A DNA stretch of 64,000 bases from an uncultured Thermodesulfobacteriota bacterium (lineage in GTDB: Bacteria; Desulfobacterota; B13-G15), in contig CAZIZI010000005.1 in assembly GCA_964543765.1 (NCBI GenBank), forward strand, positions 6,121-70,120. Reading direction: 5' to 3'. A program made the translations under genes and the position numbers. Below the pieces are notes generated by a model. The model did no database searches and had not been told where the DNA came from. It saw only the letters and a list, made by a program, of their open reading frames with translations. Position 1 is the first letter of the stretch, and each line of letters opens with the position of its first letter. Shown in pieces: positions 25,495 to 33,792 of this stretch.

Positions 25495-25736
25495 ATCTCC
25501 CTCCTATTAATATAACGTTATACACATTAATTAAAAATATTTATTGTATCCCACTACTTCAAGTAAAATCTTTAAAAAAATCGCCTAACATTGTTTACCA
25601 AGTTTAAAAACCAAACTCTTATTTTTTTGATAATACAAAACTTAATTTTGTGCAATAAGGAGTTTTACCTCTTGGCAAGGGGAAAAAAGTTGTGCTAAAA
25701 AGTAATGGGGTTTTTAAATAAGAATGGAGGGGGCGG
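25495..25736. promoter_or_regulatory. AT-rich divergent promoter region between the IclR gene and the radical SAM operon; perfect 12-bp palindrome TATAACGTTATA at 25511-25522
   Basis: 242-nt intergenic region at about 25% GC. The palindrome lies within an ATTAAT...ATTAAT context, directly upstream of the iclR start. Confidence 0.5.
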
Positions 25737-27164
25737 ATGGAAATTTTAGAGAAGATAAAGGATTATGCCTATCGGAAGGCCATTGAGCAGATCGTTTCGC
25801 TTTTGAGGAAGGTGGATGACCAGAAGATTTTGCAGATGCTTTCCATAGCCAAGATGTTAACCGGGGATCCTGAAGTAAAAAGAGCTATAGAGGGTATAAA
25901 AAAGTTTATTCAAAGCGATCATCCGGCCAAGCAGCTTATTTATCGCATAGTTAACTATCTCTCTTATGAAAACTGCGTGAAAATCTTTTGGACCCTTTTT
26001 AACAACGGTTGGTTTATAGGGGGTAAGAAGAGGGATGCCTTTGAGAAGGAGAACGGCTTCAGGCCTCCTTTTGTTCTTATCTTGAGCCCTACTATGAGGT
26101 GCAATCTGCGTTGTAAGGGTTGTTACACGCTCGGTTATGGCCGCCAGTATGAGCTTGAGTACGAACTGGTGGATAGGATCCTTCGGGAGTGTGAGGACTT
26201 AGGCATTTACTTTGTTACGATCCTTGGAGGAGAGCCCCTTTTGTATCCGCATTTGTTCAGAATGATGGAAGAACATTCAGACATATTTTTCCAGGTTTAT
26301 ACCAATGGGACCTTGGTTAACAAAGAGGTTGCCAAGAGGTTTTCCGAGCTTGGAAACGTGCTTGTGGTGATAAGTGTTGAAGGTGATGAAGAAGAGACGG
26401 ACAGTTGGCGAGGAAAGGGCGTTTACAAGAGGATCCTTCAGGCTTTTGATCACTTGAGGGATGAGAGGGTTCTAATCGGAACTTCTTCGACGGTGACGCG
26501 TTATAATGTGGAGAAGGTCTCCTCTTTCGAATGGGTTGATCAAATGATCGAGCTTGGGTCTTTCTTGCAGAATTATTTCCTATATATTCCCGTTAACGGG
26601 AAAGCTGATTTTAACCTTATGGTCACTCCTGAACAAAGGGATCTTTTGCGAAGAAGGGTGATTGCCATAAGGAACACGAGGCCGATTTTTATCATGGATT
26701 TCTGGAACGATGGTCCGTATGTTGGAGGGTGTATAGCTGCGGGTAGACGTTATTTTCACATTAATGCCAAAGGAGACGTTGAACCGTGTGTTTATACCCA
26801 TATTGCAGTAGATAACATCTGTAACACCACTATAGCTCAGGCTTTAAACAGCAAATTGTTCCGCGCCATAAGGGCAAGACAGCCTCATAATCCCAATCAT
26901 CTTAGGCCTTGTATGATCATAGATAACCCCCACATTTTGCGGGAGATCATAAAGGAAACTAGCCCTTATTTCACCCATCCAGGGGCGGAGGAGATTTATA
27001 CCGAAAAGGCACAGCTTATGGATGAGTATGCGGCCCAATGGGGTAAATATGCGGATAATATATGGGCTACTGAGTATAAGGATGGTAAGCGTATAGTCGA
27101 TTATCTGCCTGAAGGAGAAAACGTTCGTCCCTCTTTTTGTGCCCAAGTTGGCGCTATTCAGTGA
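25737..27164 (+). CDS. radical SAM protein with a C-terminal SPASM/twitch-like auxiliary cluster domain and an N-terminal helical extension of about 100 aa
   Basis: TMRCNLRCKGCY (CxxxCxxC); C-terminal GGCIAAGRRYFHINAKGDVEPC...C...C. Confidence 0.7.
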   Translation: MEILEKIKDYAYRKAIEQIVSLLRKVDDQKILQMLSIAKMLTGDPEVKRAIEGIKKFIQSDHPAKQLIYRIVNYLSYENCVKIFWTLFNNGWFIGGKKRDAFEKENGFRPPFVLILSPTMRCNLRCKGCYTLGYGRQYELEYELVDRILRECEDLGIYFVTILGGEPLLYPHLFRMMEEHSDIFFQVYTNGTLVNKEVAKRFSELGNVLVVISVEGDEEETDSWRGKGVYKRILQAFDHLRDERVLIGTSSTVTRYNVEKVSSFEWVDQMIELGSFLQNYFLYIPVNGKADFNLMVTPEQRDLLRRRVIAIRNTRPIFIMDFWNDGPYVGGCIAAGRRYFHINAKGDVEPCVYTHIAVDNICNTTIAQALNSKLFRAIRARQPHNPNHLRPCMIIDNPHILREIIKETSPYFTHPGAEEIYTEKAQLMDEYAAQWGKYADNIWATEYKDGKRIVDYLPEGENVRPSFCAQVGAIQ

Positions 27165-28570
27165 AAGTCCTCTTAATCCATCCTCACTCAAAGGCTTTGG
27201 GGTTCGGGGATATGATAAGGGCCGAACCCCTGGGTCTTGAATCGATTGCCGGTAATTTAAGAGGGCATTTGGTAAAGATACTTGACTTAAGGATAGAAGG
27301 AAGAAGAGGGCTTGAGAAGGCGCTTTCTTCTTTTAGGCCGGAGGTGGTGGGTATAAGTTGCCTTTGGACCTGTGATCACGTGAAGGTTCAGGAGTTAGCC
27401 CTTTTTATTAAAAAGAAATTACCCAAAAGTTTCCTCCTAATAGGAGGAATCCATGCTTCTCTTTGCTACGAGCAATTTAAAGAACCAATAGATGCTGTAA
27501 TCGTAGGGGAGGGGGAAGAGACCCTTAGGGAGCTTCTCGAGGCTATCGAATCGGGTAAGGACGGGCCTTTGCCCGGAGTATTTAGACCATCTGATCCAAA
27601 AAAATTCCGCTCAAGGAGATTCATAGAGAACCTCGACGGTTTACCTTTTCCCTTAAGGGTCAGATACAAAGGAGTAGGCTATCACCTTGGATTTCAACGG
27701 CCTTTAGGCCTTGTTGAAACATCAAGAGGGTGCCCATTTCGGTGTTCCTTTTGTGCAGTTTGGCCATTTTTCAATGGCACTTACAGGGAAAAAAGCCCCG
27801 AAAGGGTTGTAGAAGAGCTTTTAATCCTTAGCGATCCCTTCGTGCTCTTTGTGGATGATAATTTTTTGGCCGATCCTGAAAGGAGTATGGAGATCGCTTC
27901 TTTGATTAAAAGGAAAGGCCTTAAAAAGTATTATACCTTTCAAGCGAGAAGCGATTCTATTGTGAAGTATAAGGATCTGCTAAAACTGTGGAAGGAGATA
28001 GGACTTAAAGCGGTCTTTGTGGGATTTGAAGGCATAAGCGATGAGGAACTGTTAAGGCTTAATAAACGATTACGGGTTTCTACAAATGATCAAGCAATAA
28101 AGGTCCTCGAGGAACTTGGGATAGAACTTTGGGCCTCCTTTATAGTGGAGCCCTCTTTTAATCTTGAAGAATTTAAAAACCTTAGGACCTACGTAAAGTC
28201 TCGATCGATAAAAAACGCCTCTTTCTCGGTCCTAACCCCTCTTCCGGGCACAAGGCTTTTTGAAGAACTGAAGGATAAGATTATTTCGAATAATTACGAA
28301 CTGTTTGACATTGCCCATTCCGTATTGCCCACTGCCCTTCCCCTAGAGAAGTTTTACGAGGAGTTCTGTTTCCTTTATCAAGAGGTTTATTCGGCAGGAG
28401 AGTTGATAAAAGAGGGTTTTAGGGCGTGGATCCAAGGGTTTCCCCTCAAAGGGCTTTTAAAGATGCTCCTTTCAGCGAAAAGGCTTTCATCCCCTTCTTT
28501 TTACCTTAAGGCTTACGACCTTAATACTCTTCGATCACTATCTTTTCTTTCGCCAGATCGAGCCTCTTAA
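27161..28570 (+). CDS. B12-binding (cobalamin-dependent) radical SAM protein
   Basis: N-terminal VKVLLIHP B12-binding domain; SRGCPFRCSFCAV radical SAM motif. GTGA start/stop overlap with the upstream rSAM gene; the track ORF starts earlier, in the overlap. Confidence 0.7.
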   Translation: MKVLLIHPHSKALGFGDMIRAEPLGLESIAGNLRGHLVKILDLRIEGRRGLEKALSSFRPEVVGISCLWTCDHVKVQELALFIKKKLPKSFLLIGGIHASLCYEQFKEPIDAVIVGEGEETLRELLEAIESGKDGPLPGVFRPSDPKKFRSRRFIENLDGLPFPLRVRYKGVGYHLGFQRPLGLVETSRGCPFRCSFCAVWPFFNGTYREKSPERVVEELLILSDPFVLFVDDNFLADPERSMEIASLIKRKGLKKYYTFQARSDSIVKYKDLLKLWKEIGLKAVFVGFEGISDEELLRLNKRLRVSTNDQAIKVLEELGIELWASFIVEPSFNLEEFKNLRTYVKSRSIKNASFSVLTPLPGTRLFEELKDKIISNNYELFDIAHSVLPTALPLEKFYEEFCFLYQEVYSAGELIKEGFRAWIQGFPLKGLLKMLLSAKRLSSPSFYLKAYDLNTLRSLSFLSPDRAS

Positions 28571-28709
28571 AGCGCCCTTTTACGGTTCTTTGTTCGCCGA
28601 AAATATTGACCATAAAGATCTTCCCATTTTCGGGTTTTATCAAGTAAACGGATTCAAGTACCAGTTCTTCCTTTCCGTCCTTTTCAACGTAAACGTTTGC
28701 TTCACACAT
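28521..28709 (-). CDS. CooT-family nickel-binding protein
   Basis: 62 aa starting MC (Cys2 is the Ni ligand). MCEANVYVEKDGKEEL...DLAKEKIVIEE parallels R. rubrum CooT MCMAKVVLTKADG...DLRSGVISLIEE. Confidence 0.6.
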   Translation of the reverse strand: MCEANVYVEKDGKEELVLESVYLIKPENGKIFMVNIFGEQRTVKGRFKRLDLAKEKIVIEEY

Positions 28710-29127
28710 TTACGATCTCCTTGAGCATTTGTAATAACTCTTCCACATAATGTGGAAGAGGTTCTTTTCTCAATCCCACAAGGAATACCTTTTCTTGGGT
28801 TAATGGAAGCAACAACTTAATGGCCCCGCAGGAGGCTATAGCCTCGGCCATCCTTGGGGTCACTTCCCCTAACATGGAATTGGCAAGTACTATGCTTAAA
28901 GGGCCTATTACTATGTCGGCCTCTTTCACCGTATGAATGATCGCATTCTCTCCCGTTGCTCCCTTGTTAGCCCTGGCTTTCATCATGGCCATTGTGGCGA
29001 CCGCGTTTGTACCAAGAGCCACTATCTCTATCTTTTCTTCAAAATTTTCCCTTAACTTCTTCACGATAAGACTTCCTATCCCTCCTCCCTGGCCATCGAT
29101 TACGCAGATCCTTGGCCTTTCCTTCAC
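28702..29127 (-). CDS. DUF3842-like protein, commonly adjacent to cooT
   Basis: 141 aa; ICVIDGQGGGIGS N-terminal motif. Family assignment is from memory. Confidence 0.45.
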   Translation of the reverse strand: MKERPRICVIDGQGGGIGSLIVKKLRENFEEKIEIVALGTNAVATMAMMKARANKGATGENAIIHTVKEADIVIGPLSIVLANSMLGEVTPRMAEAIASCGAIKLLLPLTQEKVFLVGLRKEPLPHYVEELLQMLKEIVNV

Positions 29128-29128
29128 C

Positions 29129-29803
29129 TCACGACCTCCTTTTTTGAATCACACCTCTCATGGGCACGAAAACCACCCCTCCAAGGTCTTCCACTTCAAA
29201 CTCTTTTCCCTTCTTCTTTACCAGGATTAGGTCTTGATGATAAGGCATTTCCCCTAAGGGGAGGACCATTCTTCCTCCATCTTTCAGTTGATCGATTAAT
29301 GGTTCAGGTATCCGAGGGGCAGCACAAGTTATAATTATCCGATCAAAGGGGGCCTCTTCGGGTAACCCGAAGAACCCATCCCCTATCTTTATGTGGATGT
29401 TATTGTAACCCAGTTCTTCCAACAACTTCCTAGCCCTTTCAGCCAGACTTTTTTCAAGCTCTATTGAGAAGACCTCCTTGGCCAACTCCCCTAAAATGGC
29501 CGCTTGATAGCCGGATCCAGTCCCTACCTCAAGCACCTTTTCGTCGCCTTTTAAATCCAAAGCTTGAGTCATCAAGGCGATTATATAAGGTTGAGAAATT
29601 GTCTGACCTTCTCCTATTGGGAGGGGACGATCTTCGTATGAGAACTCTCGGTATTCTAAAGGCACAAACAAATGCCTTGGTACTTTCCTCATCGCTTCAA
29701 GGACCCTCGGGTCTTTTATACCACGGGCCTCGATTTGATACCTTACCATGGCCTCTCTTTCTTCACGAAATTGGTCATTTTTAGGGTCAAACCTTAAAGG
29801 CAT
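29129..29803 (-). CDS. pcm: protein-L-isoaspartate O-methyltransferase
   Basis: TISQPYIIALM and LEVGTGSGYQAAIL SAM-binding motifs. Confidence 0.85.
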   Translation of the reverse strand: MPLRFDPKNDQFREEREAMVRYQIEARGIKDPRVLEAMRKVPRHLFVPLEYREFSYEDRPLPIGEGQTISQPYIIALMTQALDLKGDEKVLEVGTGSGYQAAILGELAKEVFSIELEKSLAERARKLLEELGYNNIHIKIGDGFFGLPEEAPFDRIIITCAAPRIPEPLIDQLKDGGRMVLPLGEMPYHQDLILVKKKGKEFEVEDLGGVVFVPMRGVIQKRRS

Positions 29804-30546
29804 TCTTTCCTTCCGTTCGTTTTTGGTAATAGATACTCCAAATTCACATTTGATAAAGCATGAAAGGCGTTACCTTTAGTGGAAGGATCCTTTTTGAAGA
29901 TTTGATTAAGCCACTCTTTAATTTGAGCTCTCTTCGTACGGCCTCGGGTAGGGCAAGGATCAGGGATCACGGGAAGACGGTACAATCGAGAGAAGACTTC
30001 AATTTTTTCCTCATCCACCAGGCACAAAGGCCTTATAATGGTGAGCTTTCCTTTGAATAATTCCTGCTTTGGGACCATGGTGCTTATCTCACCAGAATAA
30101 AGTACATTGAGGAAGAAAGTTACCAACAAATCGTCCTTATTATGTCCCAAGGCGATTTTGTTGCAACCCAACTCCGAAGCAGTTTCAAAAAGGACTTTTC
30201 GTCTCATCCGGGAACATAAAAAACAAGGAGTTTCGTTTGAACTGGAATTGTGGCTTTTAGGGCCGATTTGTGTCCTTTTGATAAGTAATTTTAAGCCTAA
30301 GGACTCCACGAAAGCTTTAAGTTCCTCCTCAGGAAATGGGCCGAAACCGAGGTCCACTAATAAGGTAAAGAGTTCGTATTTTATAGGCACCATCTTTTCT
30401 CTTTCGGCTAAAATTTTTAACATGGTCAAGCTGTCCTTCCCTCCGGAAACCCCTACCAAGACCCTATCTCCATCTTGAAGCAGGCCATATTCACAGATGG
30501 CTTTACCCACAAGCCTTCTCACTCTTTTCTCTATAAGGTTCTTCAT
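29794..30546 (-). CDS. ttcA: tRNA 2-thiocytidine(32) synthetase TtcA (PP-loop ATPase)
   Basis: VGVSGGKDS PP-loop, CxxC motifs and a GHNKDD-type motif. Confidence 0.8.
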   Translation of the reverse strand: MKNLIEKRVRRLVGKAICEYGLLQDGDRVLVGVSGGKDSLTMLKILAEREKMVPIKYELFTLLVDLGFGPFPEEELKAFVESLGLKLLIKRTQIGPKSHNSSSNETPCFLCSRMRRKVLFETASELGCNKIALGHNKDDLLVTFFLNVLYSGEISTMVPKQELFKGKLTIIRPLCLVDEEKIEVFSRLYRLPVIPDPCPTRGRTKRAQIKEWLNQIFKKDPSTKGNAFHALSNVNLEYLLPKTNGRKECL

Positions 30547-31210
30547 CTTTCTTTAGCCCCTTTAAAGGACACACCTCACATTTAGGAATTGGTCTGCAAT
30601 AATTTTTTCCTAATGCCACCAAAAGGGCATGATATTCCTTGAAAAGTTCCACGTCATGAGGCAAAGCGTCCATAAAAAGGCGCTGAAGGTTATGATAATT
30701 GGCTCTCTCTTCCACAAGTCCATGTCTCGAAAGAATTCTCCTCGTGTAAGCATCTACTACAAAGATGGCCTTATCGCAGGCGTAAAGCAAGATGCTATCG
30801 CATGTCTCAGGTCCGATCCCATTTATGGATAAGAGCTTAGGCCTCAATTCTTCGAGCGTTAACTCCTTCATCCGATCAATACTCCCTGAGAATTCCTGGA
30901 TTAAAAACAGGCTTGCTTCTTTTAACCTTTTGGCCTTCTGTTTGAAGAATCCAGCAGGCTTTATGAGTTCCTGAAGCTTTTCTTCGGAAAGTGAGGCTAT
31001 CACAAAAGGATGAAGCGCTCCACACTTCTTGAGGTTTTCGATGGCCTTTTCGACGTTTTTCCAAGCGGTATTTTGAGTCAAAATGGCTCCCACAAATACC
31101 TCAAAAGGACTCTCCGCAGGCCACCACCGTTGAGGGCCAAAACGTTCGAAAAGCCTCTGAAAGACCTCCTCAAGAATCACTTTAAGGTTCACGCTTTTTA
31201 AAACTACCAT
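30503..31210 (-). CDS. HhH-GPD superfamily DNA glycosylase (EndoIII/MagIII-like)
   Basis: LLSINGIGPETCDSILLYA helix-hairpin-helix with a GPD region and a C-terminal Cys cluster CRPIPKCEVCP. Confidence 0.65.
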   Translation of the reverse strand: MVVLKSVNLKVILEEVFQRLFERFGPQRWWPAESPFEVFVGAILTQNTAWKNVEKAIENLKKCGALHPFVIASLSEEKLQELIKPAGFFKQKAKRLKEASLFLIQEFSGSIDRMKELTLEELRPKLLSINGIGPETCDSILLYACDKAIFVVDAYTRRILSRHGLVEERANYHNLQRLFMDALPHDVELFKEYHALLVALGKNYCRPIPKCEVCPLKGLKKDEEPYREKSEKACG

Positions 31211-31272
31211 AAGGGAGGGTGATTTTTCTATCCGACAAAAAGGATTAAGATAAGGACCAAGGAGGAAACGAA

Positions 31273-33288
31273 ATGGTTCATTTAAGCTTTTGTAGGCTTT
31301 GTGATGGTAGATGTGGCCTAAAGGTCGAAGTTGAAGGTGGAAAGGTCAAAGGGGTTAAGCCTGATCCTCAAGCCCCTTTTGGAAGGGGAGGGGCTTGTAA
31401 AAAGGCGAAGGCTTGGCCTTGGATCAATAATCATCCTAATAGGCTAAAAAAGCCCTTAGTTAGAAAAGGCGAAAGAGGCGAAGGTAAATGGAGTGAGGCT
31501 TCGTGGGGAGAAGCCCTTGATTTAATCGTCGAAAAACTCCTAGATCTTAAAAATCGTTTTGGTCCACAAAGTATAAGCCTTTGCGTGGGGCATCCCAAAG
31601 GGCTTGAAGGAGCTATGAGTCAAAGGTTTGCCCGAGCTTTTGGGACGCCGAATGTGGTAAGTTCAAGTCACATATGTCATTTTCCTGGGGATACGGCCTC
31701 AAGGTTGGTATTAGGAGGAATCCTCATAGTTGATCCCCAAGGGCTTCCAAAGACCATTGTGTTTTGGGGTAACAACTTTTTGGAGACAAGATATGGGTCT
31801 TTAAGTTATCCGCAACTTACTAAAGCCCTCAAAGAAGGGGCTAAACTTGTGGTCATCGATCCACGGGAAAATGGCCTTTCAAAGAGGGCAGATCTTTGGA
31901 TAAGGGTCAGGCCCGGTGGCGATTGGGCTCTTGTTTTGGGGGTTCTTAAAGTAATTGTGGAAGAGAAGCTTTATGATGAAAATTTTGTTCGTTTGTGGAC
32001 AAACGGCTTTGATGAACTCCGAGCCTTTCTCGAAGCGAAGACTTATGAGGAACTTTGCCAGCTGAGTTGGGTTCAAGAAGAGGAGATGAGGACCTTAGGA
32101 AGGCTCTGCGCTCAAAGCCCTACAGTCATTCAGTGGGGAAACGCTTTGGATCATACCCCTTCAAGCTTATCCCTCTTTCAGGCCCTGGTGGTCCTTAAGG
32201 TCATCTTGGGTAACATAGACCAAAAAGGTGGAGAGTTCGTAACCTGGGAGAAACCGCCCTTAAAGCCTTTTAGCGAATTTGCGCTTTTGGACTTAAAACT
32301 TCCCCCTAAGGTCGACAGTGAGTTTTACTTATTGAGAAGAAACATCGCAAGACAGTCCTTCCTTAAAGCCGTCCTTCAAGAAGATCCTTACCCTATCAAG
32401 GGGGCTCTTATATTTGGCTCAAACCCCCTTTTGACTTATCCTGATGCTAAAAGGGCGAAATTGGCTTTGGAAAAGCTCCAATTCCTGGTAGTGGCTGATT
32501 TGTTTCTGACGCCTTCGGCTGCCTTGGCGGATGTGGTTTTGCCCGTTACGGCCAATTTTGAGTTCGAAGAAATAGCCCCTTATCCCCCTTATGATGGGTA
32601 CAGTTTGGCTTATCCCAAATTGGTTGAACCTCAAGGGGAGGCTTGGCCTGATTACAAAATATTGAACGAGCTTGGGAAAAGGTTAAACCCGCAGATGTTT
32701 TTTGAGAATGAGAGAGCCCTTTTAAATCACTTGCTTGAACCGAGTGGGTTGACCTTTGAAGAGTTCGTAAAAATAAGGGGATTTCAAATAAAAGTGGAAG
32801 AAAAAGGTTATGAAAAGAGAGGTTTTGCCACCGCTTCAGGCAAAGCCGAAATAAGCCCTAAAAATTGGTCCTTTTTTGAACCCTTATTTCCTTCCGAAGG
32901 TTTTCCGCTACTTATGACAAGCAAAAAAGAATTTCCTTATCTTCACTCGGAAGGAAGACAGACAAAGCCCCTGCGAGAGCTTTCCCCTTGGCCTGAAGTG
33001 GAAATCCATCCCGAGACCGCAAGAAGCCTTGATCTTAAAGAGGGCGAATGGGTTTGGGTGGAGACGCCCCAAGGACGGATAAAGCAGAAATTGCGTTTTA
33101 ATAATTCCCTTGACCCTAGGGTCATTTACGTGGCTTATGGATGGTGGTTTCCCGAAAGGAGCGAGACCGAACTTTACGGTTGGGATGAGTCAAACCTCAA
33201 TTGCCTTACCTCTTCGAGCCCCCCTTACGAACCCACTTTGGGGTCGCTTACTTTGAGGGGAATTCCTTGTAAGGTCTATAAGGCCTGA
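31273..33288 (+). CDS. molybdopterin-dependent oxidoreductase catalytic subunit (Fdh/DMSOR superfamily), orphan
   Basis: N-terminal CRLCDGRCG 4Fe-4S motif, MopB domains and a C-terminal MoCo-binding beta-barrel. No twin-arginine signal; no adjacent Fe-S or membrane partner. Confidence 0.7.
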   Translation: MVHLSFCRLCDGRCGLKVEVEGGKVKGVKPDPQAPFGRGGACKKAKAWPWINNHPNRLKKPLVRKGERGEGKWSEASWGEALDLIVEKLLDLKNRFGPQSISLCVGHPKGLEGAMSQRFARAFGTPNVVSSSHICHFPGDTASRLVLGGILIVDPQGLPKTIVFWGNNFLETRYGSLSYPQLTKALKEGAKLVVIDPRENGLSKRADLWIRVRPGGDWALVLGVLKVIVEEKLYDENFVRLWTNGFDELRAFLEAKTYEELCQLSWVQEEEMRTLGRLCAQSPTVIQWGNALDHTPSSLSLFQALVVLKVILGNIDQKGGEFVTWEKPPLKPFSEFALLDLKLPPKVDSEFYLLRRNIARQSFLKAVLQEDPYPIKGALIFGSNPLLTYPDAKRAKLALEKLQFLVVADLFLTPSAALADVVLPVTANFEFEEIAPYPPYDGYSLAYPKLVEPQGEAWPDYKILNELGKRLNPQMFFENERALLNHLLEPSGLTFEEFVKIRGFQIKVEEKGYEKRGFATASGKAEISPKNWSFFEPLFPSEGFPLLMTSKKEFPYLHSEGRQTKPLRELSPWPEVEIHPETARSLDLKEGEWVWVETPQGRIKQKLRFNNSLDPRVIYVAYGWWFPERSETELYGWDESNLNCLTSSSPPYEPTLGSLTLRGIPCKVYKA

Positions 33289-33290
33289 GG

Positions 33291-33318
33291 TTGACTTTTG
33301 GGGATTTAGGGTTATAGT
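33291..33318 (+). promoter_or_regulatory. sigma70-like promoter (TTGACT, 16-nt spacer, TATAGT) ending 7 nt before the ATG, candidate leaderless transcript
   Basis: Near-perfect consensus; only AAAAAAA lies between the -10 element and ATG 33326. Confidence 0.45.
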
Positions 33319-33325
33319 AAAAAAA

Positions 33326-33781
33326 ATGGCCGTTGTTGATGAAATCAAGCAACAGATGACAAAGGCCTTAAAGGAAGGCCAAAGAGAGAGGGTTTCTATT
33401 TTAAGATTTGCTCTTTCGGTCCTTTATAACAAGGAGAAGGAACTCGGAAGGCCGTTAAAGGATGAAGAGGCTTACAGTGTAATTCGGGGCTTAATAAAAA
33501 AGGGGAAAGAAGCAGCTGAGCAGTTTCGGCAAGGTAAAAGGGAGGATCTGGCTCAAAAGGAAGAGGAGGAGATCAGGATTCTGGAGGCCTTTTTGCCCAA
33601 GCCCTTAAGCGAAGAGGAGCTGGAGAGGATGATCCTTGAGGCTGTAAAGGAAGTGGGGGCAAAAGGGCCTAAGGATCACGGGAAAATCATGAAGCTTATG
33701 GTAGCTCGTGTTGCGGGGAGAATAGAAAGCGAGGTTTTAAACCATAAGGTTCGAAAGATTTTAGAAAGCCTTTCATCTTAA
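33326..33781 (+). CDS. GatB/YqeY domain protein
   Basis: About 150 aa with the typical YqeY layout (ALKxGxxxRxxxLRxxLSxL). Confidence 0.7.
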   Translation: MAVVDEIKQQMTKALKEGQRERVSILRFALSVLYNKEKELGRPLKDEEAYSVIRGLIKKGKEAAEQFRQGKREDLAQKEEEEIRILEAFLPKPLSEEELERMILEAVKEVGAKGPKDHGKIMKLMVARVAGRIESEVLNHKVRKILESLSS

Positions 33782-33792
33782 AGCCTTGTCCA

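Noticed and set aside
25705-25749. 14-codon ORF MGFLNKNGGGGWKF overlapping the start of the SPASM radical SAM gene; considered as a RiPP precursor or leader peptide
   Set aside because: It has no SD sequence and is out of frame with the rSAM gene. It contains no Cys/Ser/Thr-rich core typical of sactipeptide or ranthipeptide substrates, and most of it is simply the RBS region of the downstream gene.
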